64,000 nucleotides of DNA from an uncultured Myxococcaceae bacterium (GCA_945952225.1 CAMFHP010000008.1:1-64000); one strand, 5' to 3'; positions 9,836 through 19,153 are shown, counted from the first letter of the stretch. Notes: generated by a model not told the origin, from the letters alone. A program made the numbers and translations.

Positions 9836-12800
9836 ATGTCCGACGCCGCTGAGAACACGGCGGCCTCCGAGCTCGGAGGCAGCTACGAGGTGATCCGCCG
9901 AAGGCTCATCGAGCAGGCGACCGAGCTCGGTCGGCGCGCCGAGCAGCTCAACGCGCGCCGCATCGAGGTGTTCGGCGGCAGCGACCTGAGCCTCACGGCC
10001 ACGGAGCGCGTGCGCACGGAGAACAACTGCCTCCCGCGCGACATCGTCGCCGTGGGGCCGCGGCTCCTCGTGGCCTACGACGTGTTCGTGGGCATGAAGA
10101 GCGAGGTCACCGTGGCCGACGTGTTCGGCCTCCACCGCGTCGTGCGCAACGAGCAGGGCGCACCCACGCTCGAACCGCTGCCCCTCGACGACGGCGGGTT
10201 TCTCAGCGACGAGCGCTTCGTCCGCGAGTTCGGCGACCTGTTCAAGTACGTGCGCGAGGCGCGGATCCTCCAGCTCCGTCGCACCGATCACCGCCTGCTC
10301 GCGGTGTTCTCCACGGGCCCCGGCGCGCGCGATCGGAGGGTGTTCCGCTGGAGCATCGACGCCGCGGGACGCATCACGTACCTCGACGCGCGCGGCGAAG
10401 AGGACCACGTGCGCCCCCGCGCCCACGACTTCACGTGGAAGACCGCCACGCGCGAGAACCACGTGCAGGGCCGCCATCCCCACGTGTCGATCTTCGACGA
10501 GGTCTTCGTCGAGACCATCGGCGGCGACCTCACCATCAAGGTCGAGAACAACACGGCATCGGGCCAGGGCATCTACGCCGAGCCCGTCGACGACGCGAAC
10601 CAGTCGCTCGACGACGCGACGATCGGCTACGCGCGGCTCGGCGCGCTGATCCTGCTGCGCGTGAAGCCCTACCGCGAGAGCGTCACGCGGCATTTTCTCT
10701 ACAACCCGCGGCGTCGTCAGGTGCTGCGCATCGACGCGTTGGAGCAGGCCTGCCTCGCGCTGCCCGAAGACCACGGCGCGATCTTCTCGACGGGCTACTA
10801 CCTCGTCACCGGCGAGCACAAGCTCTTCGACGCCGAGGGCGGGCCCATGACCTTCGAGCGCGTGCTCCGCGCGCCCAACGGCGAGGACGTGCTCTACGTC
10901 TTCTTTCGCGAGAGCGACGGTCGCTACCTGCTCTTTCCGTACAACCTCATTCGCAAAGAGGTCGCGACGCCGATCACCTGCCACGGGTACTCGCTCTTCG
11001 ACGACGGTGCGCTCATCGTCTTTCGTGCGGCGCCCGGTGAAGAGCCTCGCAGGGTGCATCCGATGCAGGTGTGGCGGACGCCCTTCGTCTCCGCGGAGGT
11101 GGCCGCGAGCGCGCCGGTGGCAGGGTCGTTCCTGGGGCGCGTGGGCAACCCCGACCTGGTGCGCGGCATCTCCGAGGCGCTCTCGCTGCGACGACTCGCG
11201 CTCGGCGAGAACCCCGATCGGCAGACCTGGGAAGACCTCATCGCCGCGTCGGGACGCATGGTCGATGCGTTCCACTGGCTCGGCCACGCGGAGTGCTTCG
11301 ACCTGCTGGGTGCGCTCAAGCAGGTGCGCGCCGTCGCCGAGCAGATCGTCGACGAGTACGAGAAGGTCGTCGCGATCCGCGCGCGCGCCGCCGAGGCCCT
11401 CGCGAAGGCCGAGGGCGATCAGAAGGAGCTGCTCCGCGCGCCCGCCGATGCGTCGGAGAGTGCCGACGCGTTCATGCAGGCGCTCACGGCGCTGCGTCGT
11501 CAGCGGGGTGCCCTCGGAACGCTCCGCGAGATGCGCGCGATGAACCTCACGCGCGTCGAGGCGTTGGAGTCCGAGGTCGACGCGCGCTTCACCGAGACGA
11601 GCCTCGCGGCGGCGACGTTCCTGTGCCGCGACGACGCGCTGCGCCCGCTCGTCGAGAAGGTCGACGCCGCGGTCGCGCAGGCCGAGAAGGTCGCGCGCTC
11701 CATCGAGCTCGCCCCCGCACAGGCCGAGGTCGACCGCGTGTACGAGGGCACCACCGTGCTCTCCGAGACCGTCGCGGGACTCCAGGTCGACGACCCCACG
11801 GTGCGCACGCGCATCCTCGACGCGATCGGCGAGGTCTTCGGCCGCGTGAACCGCGCCCGCGCCGTGCTCCAGGGCCGCGCGAAGGAGCTCCGCGGCCACG
11901 AGCTCCGCGCCGAGTTCGCGTCGCAGTCGAAGCTCCTCGCGCAGGCCATCCAGAGCGCGCTCGCGGTGGCCGACACGCCCGAGCGCTGCGACGCATCCCT
12001 CTCGCGCCTCGTGGTGCAGCTCGAAGCCCTCGAAGGCCGCTTCGGCGAGCTCGACGAGTTCGCCCCCGAGCTCGCATCGCGGCGCGAGGAGCTCCACGAC
12101 GCCTTCGGCGCGCGGCGCCAGACCCTCGTCGACGAGCGGCAGAAGCGCGCGGCGAACCTCATGGCCGCGGCGGAGCGCATCCTCCAGGGTGTCGAACGCC
12201 GCGTGCGCGCGATCCCCTCGCCCGAGGAGCTTCACGCGTACTTCGCGGGCGATCCGATGGTGGCGCGGGCCCGCGAGCTCGTGGCGCAGCTCCGCGCGCT
12301 CGGCGACGCGGTGAAGGCCGACGAGATCGAGGGACGCATCAAGTCCGCGCGTCAGGAGGGCACGCGCGCGCTCCGCGACCGCAGCGATCTGTTCGACGGC
12401 GCCGACAACGTCATCCGCTTCGGCCAGCACCGCTTCTTCGTCAACACGCAGCCCCTCGAACTCGCGATCGTTCCCCGTGACGGCGCCCTCGCGCTGCACC
12501 TCACGGGCACGGATTTCTACGAGCCCCTCGAAGACCCGCGCCTCGACGAGGCCCGCGATCTCTGGGCGCAGACGCTCCCCGGCGAGTGCGAGACCGTGTA
12601 CCGCGCGGAGTTCCTCGCGGCGTGTGTGCTCCGCGACGCCGAGCGCAACGAGCGCGGCCTCTCGATCGAGACGCTCCGTCAGGAGTCGCTCAAGTCCGAC
12701 GGGCTCCTCGCGCTCGTGCGAACGTGGTCCGCGGAGCGCCACGACGAGGGCTACGAGCGCGGCGTGCACGACGTCGATGCTGCGGCCATTCTCGGCGCGC

Positions 12801-15535
12801 TGCTTCCCGTGCTCACCGCGGCGGGCACGCTCCGTCACCAGGGCGACGCGCGCTCCCTCGGAGTGCTCCACGCGGCGACGCTCGACGAGCCCGCCCGCAC
12901 CCTCCTCGCGCGGCGTGCCCGCTCGGCCCGCAGGCTCCGCGCGCACATCGGATCGAGCGCCGCGCGCGACGAGCTGGTCGACGAGCTCGTGCCCGCGCTC
13001 GACGCCTCCGCGAAGCTCTGGCGCACCGCCTCTCACGAAGGTCTTCGCCGTCGCGCCGCGCAGTACATCGTCGACGAGCTCGGCGCCGACAGCGCGCGCT
13101 GGGTGCTCTCGTCCGAGGCCACCGCGCTGCGCCTCGCGTTCCTCAAGGTGCTCACGGAGCAGGGCACGCGGTCGGCCTTCGAAGACGACCTGCGCGCGCT
13201 GGAGAAGCTCCCCGCCGAGCGCCTCGCCCTCGCCACGCGCTGGCTCGAAGCCTTCGCGCAGAAGGCGCCCGAGCACACGCGCGCGGTCGCCGAGTGTGCG
13301 GCCTCGATGGTGGTCGACCGACGCATCGAGCGAGAGCCCTCCACGGTGTCGCTCGACGTGAAGATCGAGGGACTCTTCGGTCAGCACCCGCGCGTGCAGA
13401 ACCGCACGCTCGCGCTGCGGCTCGATGAGTTTCTCGCGCGCACCGACGAGATGATCGACGTGCGCCTGCCGCGATGGCGCGCGTACCGAAAGGCCCGCGC
13501 CGAGGTGGCCGAACGCGAGCGCCGTCGACTGCGCCTCGATGAGTTCACCGCGCGCGTGCTCACGAGCTTCGTGCGCAACGGACTGATCGACGAGGTGTAC
13601 CTCCCGCTCGTGGGGCAGAACCTCGCGAAGCAGCTCGGCGCCGCGGGCGATGGCAAGCGCACCGACCTCATGGGCCTGCTGCTCCTCGTGTCGCCGCCGG
13701 GCTACGGCAAGACCACGCTGATGGAGTACGTCGCGAGTCGGCTGGGGCTCGTGTTCGTGAAGGTGAACGGCCCGTCGCTGGGACACGCCGTGGTGAGCCT
13801 CGACCCCTCGGAGGCGCCCAACGCCACCGCGCGCCAGGAGGTCGAGAAGATCAACCTGGCCTTCGAGATGGGCAACAACGTGATGCTCTACCTCGACGAC
13901 ATCCAACACACGAACGCGGAGCTGCTCCAGAAGTTCATCTCGCTCTGCGACGGGTCGCGTCGCATCGAGGGCGTGTGGCGCGGCCGCACGCGCACCTACG
14001 ACCTTCGCGGCAAGCGCTTCTGCATCGTGATGGCGGGCAATCCGTACACCGAGTCGGGCGCGCGCTTTCGCATCCCCGACATGCTCGCGAACCGCGCGGA
14101 CACCTACAACCTCGGCGACATTCTCGGCGGCCGCGACGACGTGTTCGCGCGCTCGTACGTCGAGAACGCGCTCACCTCGAACGCCACGCTCGCGCCCCTC
14201 GCGGGTCGTGACCCCGCAGACCTCCGCAAGCTCCTTCGCATCGCCGAGGGTGAGAGCCTCGCGCCCTCGGAGCTCGCGCACCCGTACAGCGCCGCCGAGG
14301 TGGGAGAGATCACCGCGGTGCTCCGGGGCATGCTCCGCGCGCGCAACACGCTGCTCGCGGTGAACGCCGAGTACATCCGCAGCGCCTCGCAGGAAGATGC
14401 GTTCCGCACCGAGCCGCCCTTCAAGCTCCAGGGCAGCTACCGCAACATGAACAAGGTCGCCGAGAAGATCGTCGCGGCGCACACCGACGACGAGGTCGAG
14501 GCCCTCGTGAGCGACCACTACACCAGCGAGAGCCAGACGCTCACGACGGGCGCAGAGCAGAACCTCCTGAAGCTCGCCGAGCTCCGCGGACGACTCACCG
14601 ACGCGCAGCGCGCCCGCTGGGATGCGATCAAGAAGGAATACCTCCGTCAGAAACGCGTCGGCGGCCGCGACGACGACCCCGTGGCGCGCGTCACGGGCAC
14701 GCTCTCGACGCTCGGCGAGGAGCTCGAACGGCTGCGCACCGACCTCGTGAAGGCCGCGTCTTCTCGCGAGGGAGAGCGCACCGTGGCCGCGCAGCTCACG
14801 CCCCACCTCGACGCGCTCGCGAAGGCCCTCGCCTCGGTGTCGCGCCCCACGCTCGACGTGAGGCTCCCGACGCCCGATCCCCGCGCGCAGGCCGACGCGC
14901 TCGCGCTCGCGCTGCGCAACGCCTCGGCCGACCTCGCGCCCGTGGCCCGCGCCGCACAGCACGGCCTCGGCACGCTCCCCGCGCTCCTCGAGTCGCTCGT
15001 GTCGGTGCTCACCCGCATGGAGCAGCGCCTCGCCGACGCGCCCGTCCCCGTGGCCACGGTCGCCCCCGCGTTGCCCGCGCAGCCCGCCTCCGTGGCCCGT
15101 GCGTCGGTTCCCTCGCCGGCCCCCTCCCCGACCCCTGCGCCGCGCGCGGCGACGCCCGCAAGGCCCCTCTCCGCGCTGCCCGACACCATGGCCGCCGTGC
15201 CCGGTGCGATGCGCTTCGAAGCCACCCTCGACGCGGCGAGCGCCTCGCATCTCTGGGTGCCCCGCGGCGCCGACACCGATGTGCTCCGCGACGGCGGGGT
15301 CTACGTGCAGACCCATCGCGCGCTCCCGCCGCTTGGCGGGCTCGTCTCGCTCGTGATCGACCTCGCGGGTGCGGGACGCTTCGAGGTGCCCGCGCAGGTG
15401 ATGTTCGTCCGCGAGGCCGCCCTCGATGTGCCCGATCCGGGCTTCGGCGCGCGGCTCACGCAGCTCCCGCCGGAGCTCGAACGTGCGCTCCGTCGCTACG
15501 TGATCGAACGTGACCCCGTGCAGGTGCGACGGTGA
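9836..15535 (+). CDS. Giant (1899 aa) MoxR-like AAA+ ATPase with a long coiled-coil region and a PilZ-like C-terminal domain
   Basis: A single uninterrupted ORF with a GGGAG ribosome-binding site before the ATG at 9836. Near residue 1300 there is a Walker A motif (LLLLVSPPGYGKTTLMEYV), a Walker B motif (NVMLYLDDIQH) and a sensor region (FCIVMAGNPYTESGARFRIPDMLANRADTY) that resemble MoxR/dynein-type AAA+ modules. After a Pro/Ala-rich linker, the last roughly 110 aa (LRDGGVYVQTHRALPPLGGLVSLVIDLAGAGRFEVPAQVMFVRE...GFGARLTQLPPELERALRRYV) follow the myxobacterial PilZ-domain pattern but lack the canonical RxxxR / DxSxxG motifs. The antisense 1870-aa ORF I treat as a shadow. Confidence 0.8.
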   Translation: MSDAAENTAASELGGSYEVIRRRLIEQATELGRRAEQLNARRIEVFGGSDLSLTATERVRTENNCLPRDIVAVGPRLLVAYDVFVGMKSEVTVADVFGLHRVVRNEQGAPTLEPLPLDDGGFLSDERFVREFGDLFKYVREARILQLRRTDHRLLAVFSTGPGARDRRVFRWSIDAAGRITYLDARGEEDHVRPRAHDFTWKTATRENHVQGRHPHVSIFDEVFVETIGGDLTIKVENNTASGQGIYAEPVDDANQSLDDATIGYARLGALILLRVKPYRESVTRHFLYNPRRRQVLRIDALEQACLALPEDHGAIFSTGYYLVTGEHKLFDAEGGPMTFERVLRAPNGEDVLYVFFRESDGRYLLFPYNLIRKEVATPITCHGYSLFDDGALIVFRAAPGEEPRRVHPMQVWRTPFVSAEVAASAPVAGSFLGRVGNPDLVRGISEALSLRRLALGENPDRQTWEDLIAASGRMVDAFHWLGHAECFDLLGALKQVRAVAEQIVDEYEKVVAIRARAAEALAKAEGDQKELLRAPADASESADAFMQALTALRRQRGALGTLREMRAMNLTRVEALESEVDARFTETSLAAATFLCRDDALRPLVEKVDAAVAQAEKVARSIELAPAQAEVDRVYEGTTVLSETVAGLQVDDPTVRTRILDAIGEVFGRVNRARAVLQGRAKELRGHELRAEFASQSKLLAQAIQSALAVADTPERCDASLSRLVVQLEALEGRFGELDEFAPELASRREELHDAFGARRQTLVDERQKRAANLMAAAERILQGVERRVRAIPSPEELHAYFAGDPMVARARELVAQLRALGDAVKADEIEGRIKSARQEGTRALRDRSDLFDGADNVIRFGQHRFFVNTQPLELAIVPRDGALALHLTGTDFYEPLEDPRLDEARDLWAQTLPGECETVYRAEFLAACVLRDAERNERGLSIETLRQESLKSDGLLALVRTWSAERHDEGYERGVHDVDAAAILGALLPVLTAAGTLRHQGDARSLGVLHAATLDEPARTLLARRARSARRLRAHIGSSAARDELVDELVPALDASAKLWRTASHEGLRRRAAQYIVDELGADSARWVLSSEATALRLAFLKVLTEQGTRSAFEDDLRALEKLPAERLALATRWLEAFAQKAPEHTRAVAECAASMVVDRRIEREPSTVSLDVKIEGLFGQHPRVQNRTLALRLDEFLARTDEMIDVRLPRWRAYRKARAEVAERERRRLRLDEFTARVLTSFVRNGLIDEVYLPLVGQNLAKQLGAAGDGKRTDLMGLLLLVSPPGYGKTTLMEYVASRLGLVFVKVNGPSLGHAVVSLDPSEAPNATARQEVEKINLAFEMGNNVMLYLDDIQHTNAELLQKFISLCDGSRRIEGVWRGRTRTYDLRGKRFCIVMAGNPYTESGARFRIPDMLANRADTYNLGDILGGRDDVFARSYVENALTSNATLAPLAGRDPADLRKLLRIAEGESLAPSELAHPYSAAEVGEITAVLRGMLRARNTLLAVNAEYIRSASQEDAFRTEPPFKLQGSYRNMNKVAEKIVAAHTDDEVEALVSDHYTSESQTLTTGAEQNLLKLAELRGRLTDAQRARWDAIKKEYLRQKRVGGRDDDPVARVTGTLSTLGEELERLRTDLVKAASSREGERTVAAQLTPHLDALAKALASVSRPTLDVRLPTPDPRAQADALALALRNASADLAPVARAAQHGLGTLPALLESLVSVLTRMEQRLADAPVPVATVAPALPAQPASVARASVPSPAPSPTPAPRAATPARPLSALPDTMAAVPGAMRFEATLDAASASHLWVPRGADTDVLRDGGVYVQTHRALPPLGGLVSLVIDLAGAGRFEVPAQVMFVREAALDVPDPGFGARLTQLPPELERALRRYVIERDPVQVRR

Positions 15536-16308
15536 GCGCAGCCCGTCTCGTCACGGTCGCTGTCGTGCTGGTGGCGTGCGCGGCGCGTCCTGCGTCGGTG
15601 CTCCCCGACGTCTCGCACACCGAGCTCACGTCGCGCGCCGTGCAGGTCACGCCCGATCTCACGGTGCGTCCGCTGGCGCCCGGCGTGTTGCGCCACACCT
15701 CGTGGCGCGTGCTGCCCGACGTGGGGCGCTTTCCCTCGAACGGCCTTGTTCTCCTGGGCCCGCATGAGGCCATCGTGGTCGACACCGCGTGGGGTGCGGA
15801 GCTCACGGAGGCGCTCTTCACCCACATCGAGCGCGACCTGCACCGACGCATCACGCACCTCGTGGTGACGCACTCGCACGACGACCGCATCGGCGGCATT
15901 CGCGAGGCGCTGCGTCGTCACGTCGCCGTGCACGCGCTCACCCTCACCGCCACGCGTGCGACGGCCGAAGGGCTCCCGCCACCCACCGACCCCTTCGAAC
16001 GCGAGACCGCCGTCGACGCCGATGGAATGCGCGTGGAGGTCTTCTTCCCCGGCGCCGCCCATGCCCCCGACAACGTGGTCGTGTGGGTCCCCTCGCAGCG
16101 CATCCTCTTCGGCACGTGCATGGTGCGCTCGGCCGACGCGCGCTCCCTCGGCAACCTCGCCGACGCGTCCGTCGCCACGTGGGCTGCATCGGTGCGCGCG
16201 GTGATGGCCCGCTATCCGTCACCCGCCATCGTCGTGCCGGGCCACGGCGAACCCGGCGACGCCTCGCTCCTCACGCACACGCTCGACCTCGTGGCCGTGG
16301 GACGCTGA
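15532..16308 (+). CDS. Subclass B1 metallo-beta-lactamase lipoprotein
   Basis: GTG start at 15532 overlaps the TGA stop of the upstream giant gene (GTGA). LVAC lipobox in the signal peptide. B1 zinc-ligand motifs are present in order: HSHDDRIGG (H116-x-H118-x-D120), GAAHAPDNVVVWVP (H196), ILFGTCMV (C221) and VVPGHGEPGD (H263). Confidence 0.85.
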   Translation: MSAARLVTVAVVLVACAARPASVLPDVSHTELTSRAVQVTPDLTVRPLAPGVLRHTSWRVLPDVGRFPSNGLVLLGPHEAIVVDTAWGAELTEALFTHIERDLHRRITHLVVTHSHDDRIGGIREALRRHVAVHALTLTATRATAEGLPPPTDPFERETAVDADGMRVEVFFPGAAHAPDNVVVWVPSQRILFGTCMVRSADARSLGNLADASVATWAASVRAVMARYPSPAIVVPGHGEPGDASLLTHTLDLVAVGR

Positions 16309-16312
16309 CCCG

Positions 16313-16870
16313 TCACCCGCCGCAACGCGCGAGGCACACGCCGCTGCAGCATCGCATTCCGCCGCAGCTCACGCCGCACGCGCCGCAGTTCGCGGTGTTC
16401 GCCTGCGTGTCGACGCACGCCCCGTTGCAGAGCTGCCGCGCGCCCTCGCAACCGCACGCGCCGCTGCGACACACGAGGCCCGACTCGCAGCGGTTCAAGC
16501 ACCGACCGCAGTTGGAGCTCGACTCCGTGAGGTCGACCTCACACCCGTCGCTCGCGCGGCCGTTGCAGTCGGCCCATCCCTGCTCGCACTCGCACGCGCC
16601 CGCGTTGCAGACCTGGTGGTCGCCGCACGCGCAGACCCGCGCGTCGCTCCCCGTGTCGACCGACGCATCGCGGCCCGTGTCGGGCGCGCTGTCACGCGAG
16701 ACCACGTCGGGCGTCGACACGTCGGGCGCGGGCGCGTCCATCGGGGCCATCGCGTCGGGCACGGAGAGATCCGTGCGATCGAAGTCGAGCGCGACCGTGC
16801 ACCCGCCGAGCGCGTGCGCCACGACCGTCACCACTCCCCACCGGGACCACAGGCTGCGCACCGTCGCCAT
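16313..16870 (-). CDS. Secreted cysteine-rich repeat protein
   Basis: Internal ATG at 16870 (MATVRSLW...) within ORF 16313..16948. Signal peptide with GGC. The C-terminal half has repeated CxCxxxxxCxxGxCxC-type units (VCACGDHQVCNAGACECEQGWADCNG..., CGCEGARQLCNGACVD..., CGACGVSCGG). Confidence 0.55.
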   Translation of the reverse strand: MATVRSLWSRWGVVTVVAHALGGCTVALDFDRTDLSVPDAMAPMDAPAPDVSTPDVVSRDSAPDTGRDASVDTGSDARVCACGDHQVCNAGACECEQGWADCNGRASDGCEVDLTESSSNCGRCLNRCESGLVCRSGACGCEGARQLCNGACVDTQANTANCGACGVSCGGMRCCSGVCLARCGG

Positions 16871-17026
16871 GAGCCGTCCTCCGTCGACGCCCGCACCGGC
16901 AGACGCACCCGCCAAGGTACCGGATCGCGCGCGCCTGCAAAGCGGCACCTTTGCACACGCGAAGCGCGCAACGTTCTCACACCCGCGACGTGGCGCGGCG
17001 TGGCCGTTTCGCCGTGCGCCGCACGA

Positions 17027-17461
17027 TCACCAGGCCGACACGCCCATGGCCTCGGCAATCCGCGCAGCGTCGTCGCGCGACACCTCGAAGTGCCCGCGTC
17101 GCGCGAGCATTCCCCACCCTGCGTCGCGCGTGAACGAGAGCGCCGCACGCAGCGCCGCGAGCGGAACCTCCCTCGCCTCCGCGCACCAGCGCACGTCGCG
17201 ACGAAAGGGCGTGAACCCGCCGCCCATGTCGACCTGCACCACGGGTCCGTCGCCGACGCGACCGAGGGCCGTGAACGCCTGCAGCGCGTCGCCGCCGTTC
17301 ATCTCCGTGCGCGGCGAGTAGACGATGAAGCCGTCGCCCGCGGCCATGCGCACGAGCGGCGCGCGCTTGCCGTGGCACACCTGCGTGAAGCCGCCCGCCA
17401 CTCCGCGCATCACGTGACTGCGCGAGATCACCCCGATCCAGAACCGCGTCGTGTCGTTCAT
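17027..17461 (-). CDS. PUA-like (EVE/ASCH-superfamily-like) domain protein
   Basis: 144 aa. FWIGVISRSHVMRGVAGGFTQVCHGKRAPLVRMAAGDGFIVYSP resembles small PUA-like barrel proteins. The exact family assignment is uncertain. Confidence 0.55.
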   Translation of the reverse strand: MNDTTRFWIGVISRSHVMRGVAGGFTQVCHGKRAPLVRMAAGDGFIVYSPRTEMNGGDALQAFTALGRVGDGPVVQVDMGGGFTPFRRDVRWCAEAREVPLAALRAALSFTRDAGWGMLARRGHFEVSRDDAARIAEAMGVSAW

Positions 17462-17509
17462 GCGCCGACCGTAGCGTCCGCGCGCTGACAGCCGACTGTC
17501 AGGGTTGTG

Positions 17510-17998
17510 TCAGCCTTTCGGCGCGCCCTGTCGTTCGAGCACGGCGAGGATCTTGTCGAGGCGATCGGCGATGCGCCGCTGCGTCTCCTGCGCGTCGCGG
17601 GCCTCGGCCTCGCGCTCGGCGGCCGGCGCGTCGAAGAGCTTCGCGGCGAGCGAGGGCCCCACGGTGTTGAGCCACGACGCGATGACCTTGCCGCGCTCGG
17701 ACCGCGCGAAGGTGTCGGCGTAGCCCACGGAGAGGCTCGTGGTCACGAACACCAGCGCGTCGGCGAAGGTGCGCACCTTGGGGTTCACGCCGCGCTCGCA
17801 CTGCCAGAAGAGGTACGCGGCCGAGAGCACGGTGACCGCCGTCGCGTCGAGGGGATCGCGCGCCACGAGCTCGCGCGCCTGCTTCTTCACCGCGGGCCAC
17901 GGCCCCCCCGCGTCGGGGTCGCCGAGGGCGTTCATCGCGAGGCCCGCGAGGGCGGTGAGGGCCTTGAGGTTCACGGCGCGACGGGGCGTGGTGCTCAT
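17510..17998 (-). CDS. Putative two-TM ion-channel family protein
   Basis: TM1 (TAVTVLSAAYLFWQ), a pore-helix-like segment and a selectivity-filter-like SVGYAD (compare TVGYGD), then a second hydrophobic segment. 162 aa. Only 12 nt from the downstream hydroxylase gene on the same strand. Confidence 0.45.
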   Translation of the reverse strand: MSTTPRRAVNLKALTALAGLAMNALGDPDAGGPWPAVKKQARELVARDPLDATAVTVLSAAYLFWQCERGVNPKVRTFADALVFVTTSLSVGYADTFARSERGKVIASWLNTVGPSLAAKLFDAPAAEREAEARDAQETQRRIADRLDKILAVLERQGAPKG

Positions 17999-18010
17999 CG
18001 GGCGCCGAGC

Positions 18011-19153
18011 CTACCGCGCGGCGTACGCGGCGCCAGCGACGATCGAGAGCGCGAACGAGACCCACCAGAGGCCCTGCGAGACCGACGCCCACGCGCGCGC
18101 TTCGAGGAGCCCGCCCACGTTCGCGAGTCCCCACACCGAGAGCGTCGCGGCCGCGAGGTTCACCGCATCGGCCCCCACAGGGCGTTGCAGCACGACCACC
18201 GAGAGCAGCATCGCGAGCGCGAACACCACCACCGCGTGGAGCGTCGTCGCGCGCGCAGCGGTCACGTCGTAGCGGGGTGCGCCGCGGCGCGCGTCGGCCA
18301 TCGCGTTGAGGTCTTCGGCGGGCCATCCGGGCGGCTGCCATCCGGGGCCGCGCACGAGCACCTGGGCGGCGGTCGCGAGGCCCTCGGCGCGGGCCATCTT
18401 GGCGAGGAGCTTTGCGCCGTACTGGAGGTGCACCCACACGGGGTTCCAGCTCGCGACGGGCTCGATGGTGCCGTAGGTGGGCGACTGCGATTCGGCGGTG
18501 AAGGTGCCGAAGAGGCGATCCCAGACGATGAAGACGCCCGCGTAGTTGCGATCGAGGTAGGCGGGGTCGACGCCGTGGTGCACGCGGTGATGCGACGGGG
18601 TGTTGAAGACTGCTTCGAGGGGCGCGGGCAGGCGGTCGATGAGCTTCGTGTGGATCCAGAACTGGTAGACGATGACCACGCCGTAGGCCGACGCGAACAC
18701 CGACGGCGGCACGCCCATCAGCGCGAGCGGAAGCTGAAACCACAGGGAGAACAGGGGCTGCCACGCGTCCTGACGGAGCGCGACGGAGAGGTTGTAGTCC
18801 TCGCTCTGGTGGTGCACGACGTGGCTGAACCAGCCCACCGCCGACTCGTGGCTCCAGCGATGGAACCAGTAGTAGAAGAAGTCCGCGGCGACGAAGGCCA
18901 CGAGCCACGCGACGACGGGATGCGCCGCGAACCAGTCGGTGGCCCGCGCATGGTCGTAGAGCCAGTGGTAGGGCGCTTCGAGGGGCACCGTGAGCAGCGC
19001 CACGAGGAGCTGCTGGTACGCGCCGCACGCGAGGTTCGTGAGCGCGTCGTTCAGGCGGTAGAGACCGAGGTTTCTGCGCCGATCCCACCACCACTCGGCG
19101 CCCATGAAGACGAAGTACATCGGCACCGCGAGCACGATGGGGTCGACCGCCAT
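18011..19153 (-). CDS. Fatty-acid hydroxylase / sterol desaturase family membrane protein
   Basis: Three histidine boxes are present: HRWSHE, HVVHHQ and HHRVHH. Multi-TM N-terminal half. Confidence 0.8.
   Translation of the reverse strand: MAVDPIVLAVPMYFVFMGAEWWWDRRRNLGLYRLNDALTNLACGAYQQLLVALLTVPLEAPYHWLYDHARATDWFAAHPVVAWLVAFVAADFFYYWFHRWSHESAVGWFSHVVHHQSEDYNLSVALRQDAWQPLFSLWFQLPLALMGVPPSVFASAYGVVIVYQFWIHTKLIDRLPAPLEAVFNTPSHHRVHHGVDPAYLDRNYAGVFIVWDRLFGTFTAESQSPTYGTIEPVASWNPVWVHLQYGAKLLAKMARAEGLATAAQVLVRGPGWQPPGWPAEDLNAMADARRGAPRYDVTAARATTLHAVVVFALAMLLSVVVLQRPVGADAVNLAAATLSVWGLANVGGLLEARAWASVSQGLWWVSFALSIVAGAAYAAR

Noticed and set aside
6880-9858. 992-aa minus-strand ORF across the flotillin locus
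   Set aside because: Antisense to an unmistakable SPFH/flotillin gene that has a proper ribosome-binding site. The translation is low-complexity.
10418-10433. parS-like sequence ACTTCACGTGGAAGAC
   Set aside because: Four to five mismatches to the TGTTNCACGTGNAACA consensus, and it lies inside a coding region far from parAB. Probably coincidental.
9704-15316. 1870-aa ORF antisense to the giant ATPase gene
   Set aside because: It has no recognisable motifs and low-complexity Arg/Gly/Glu content. It mirrors the sense gene, which carries clear Walker A/B and PilZ-like motifs. This is the classic high-GC shadow ORF.
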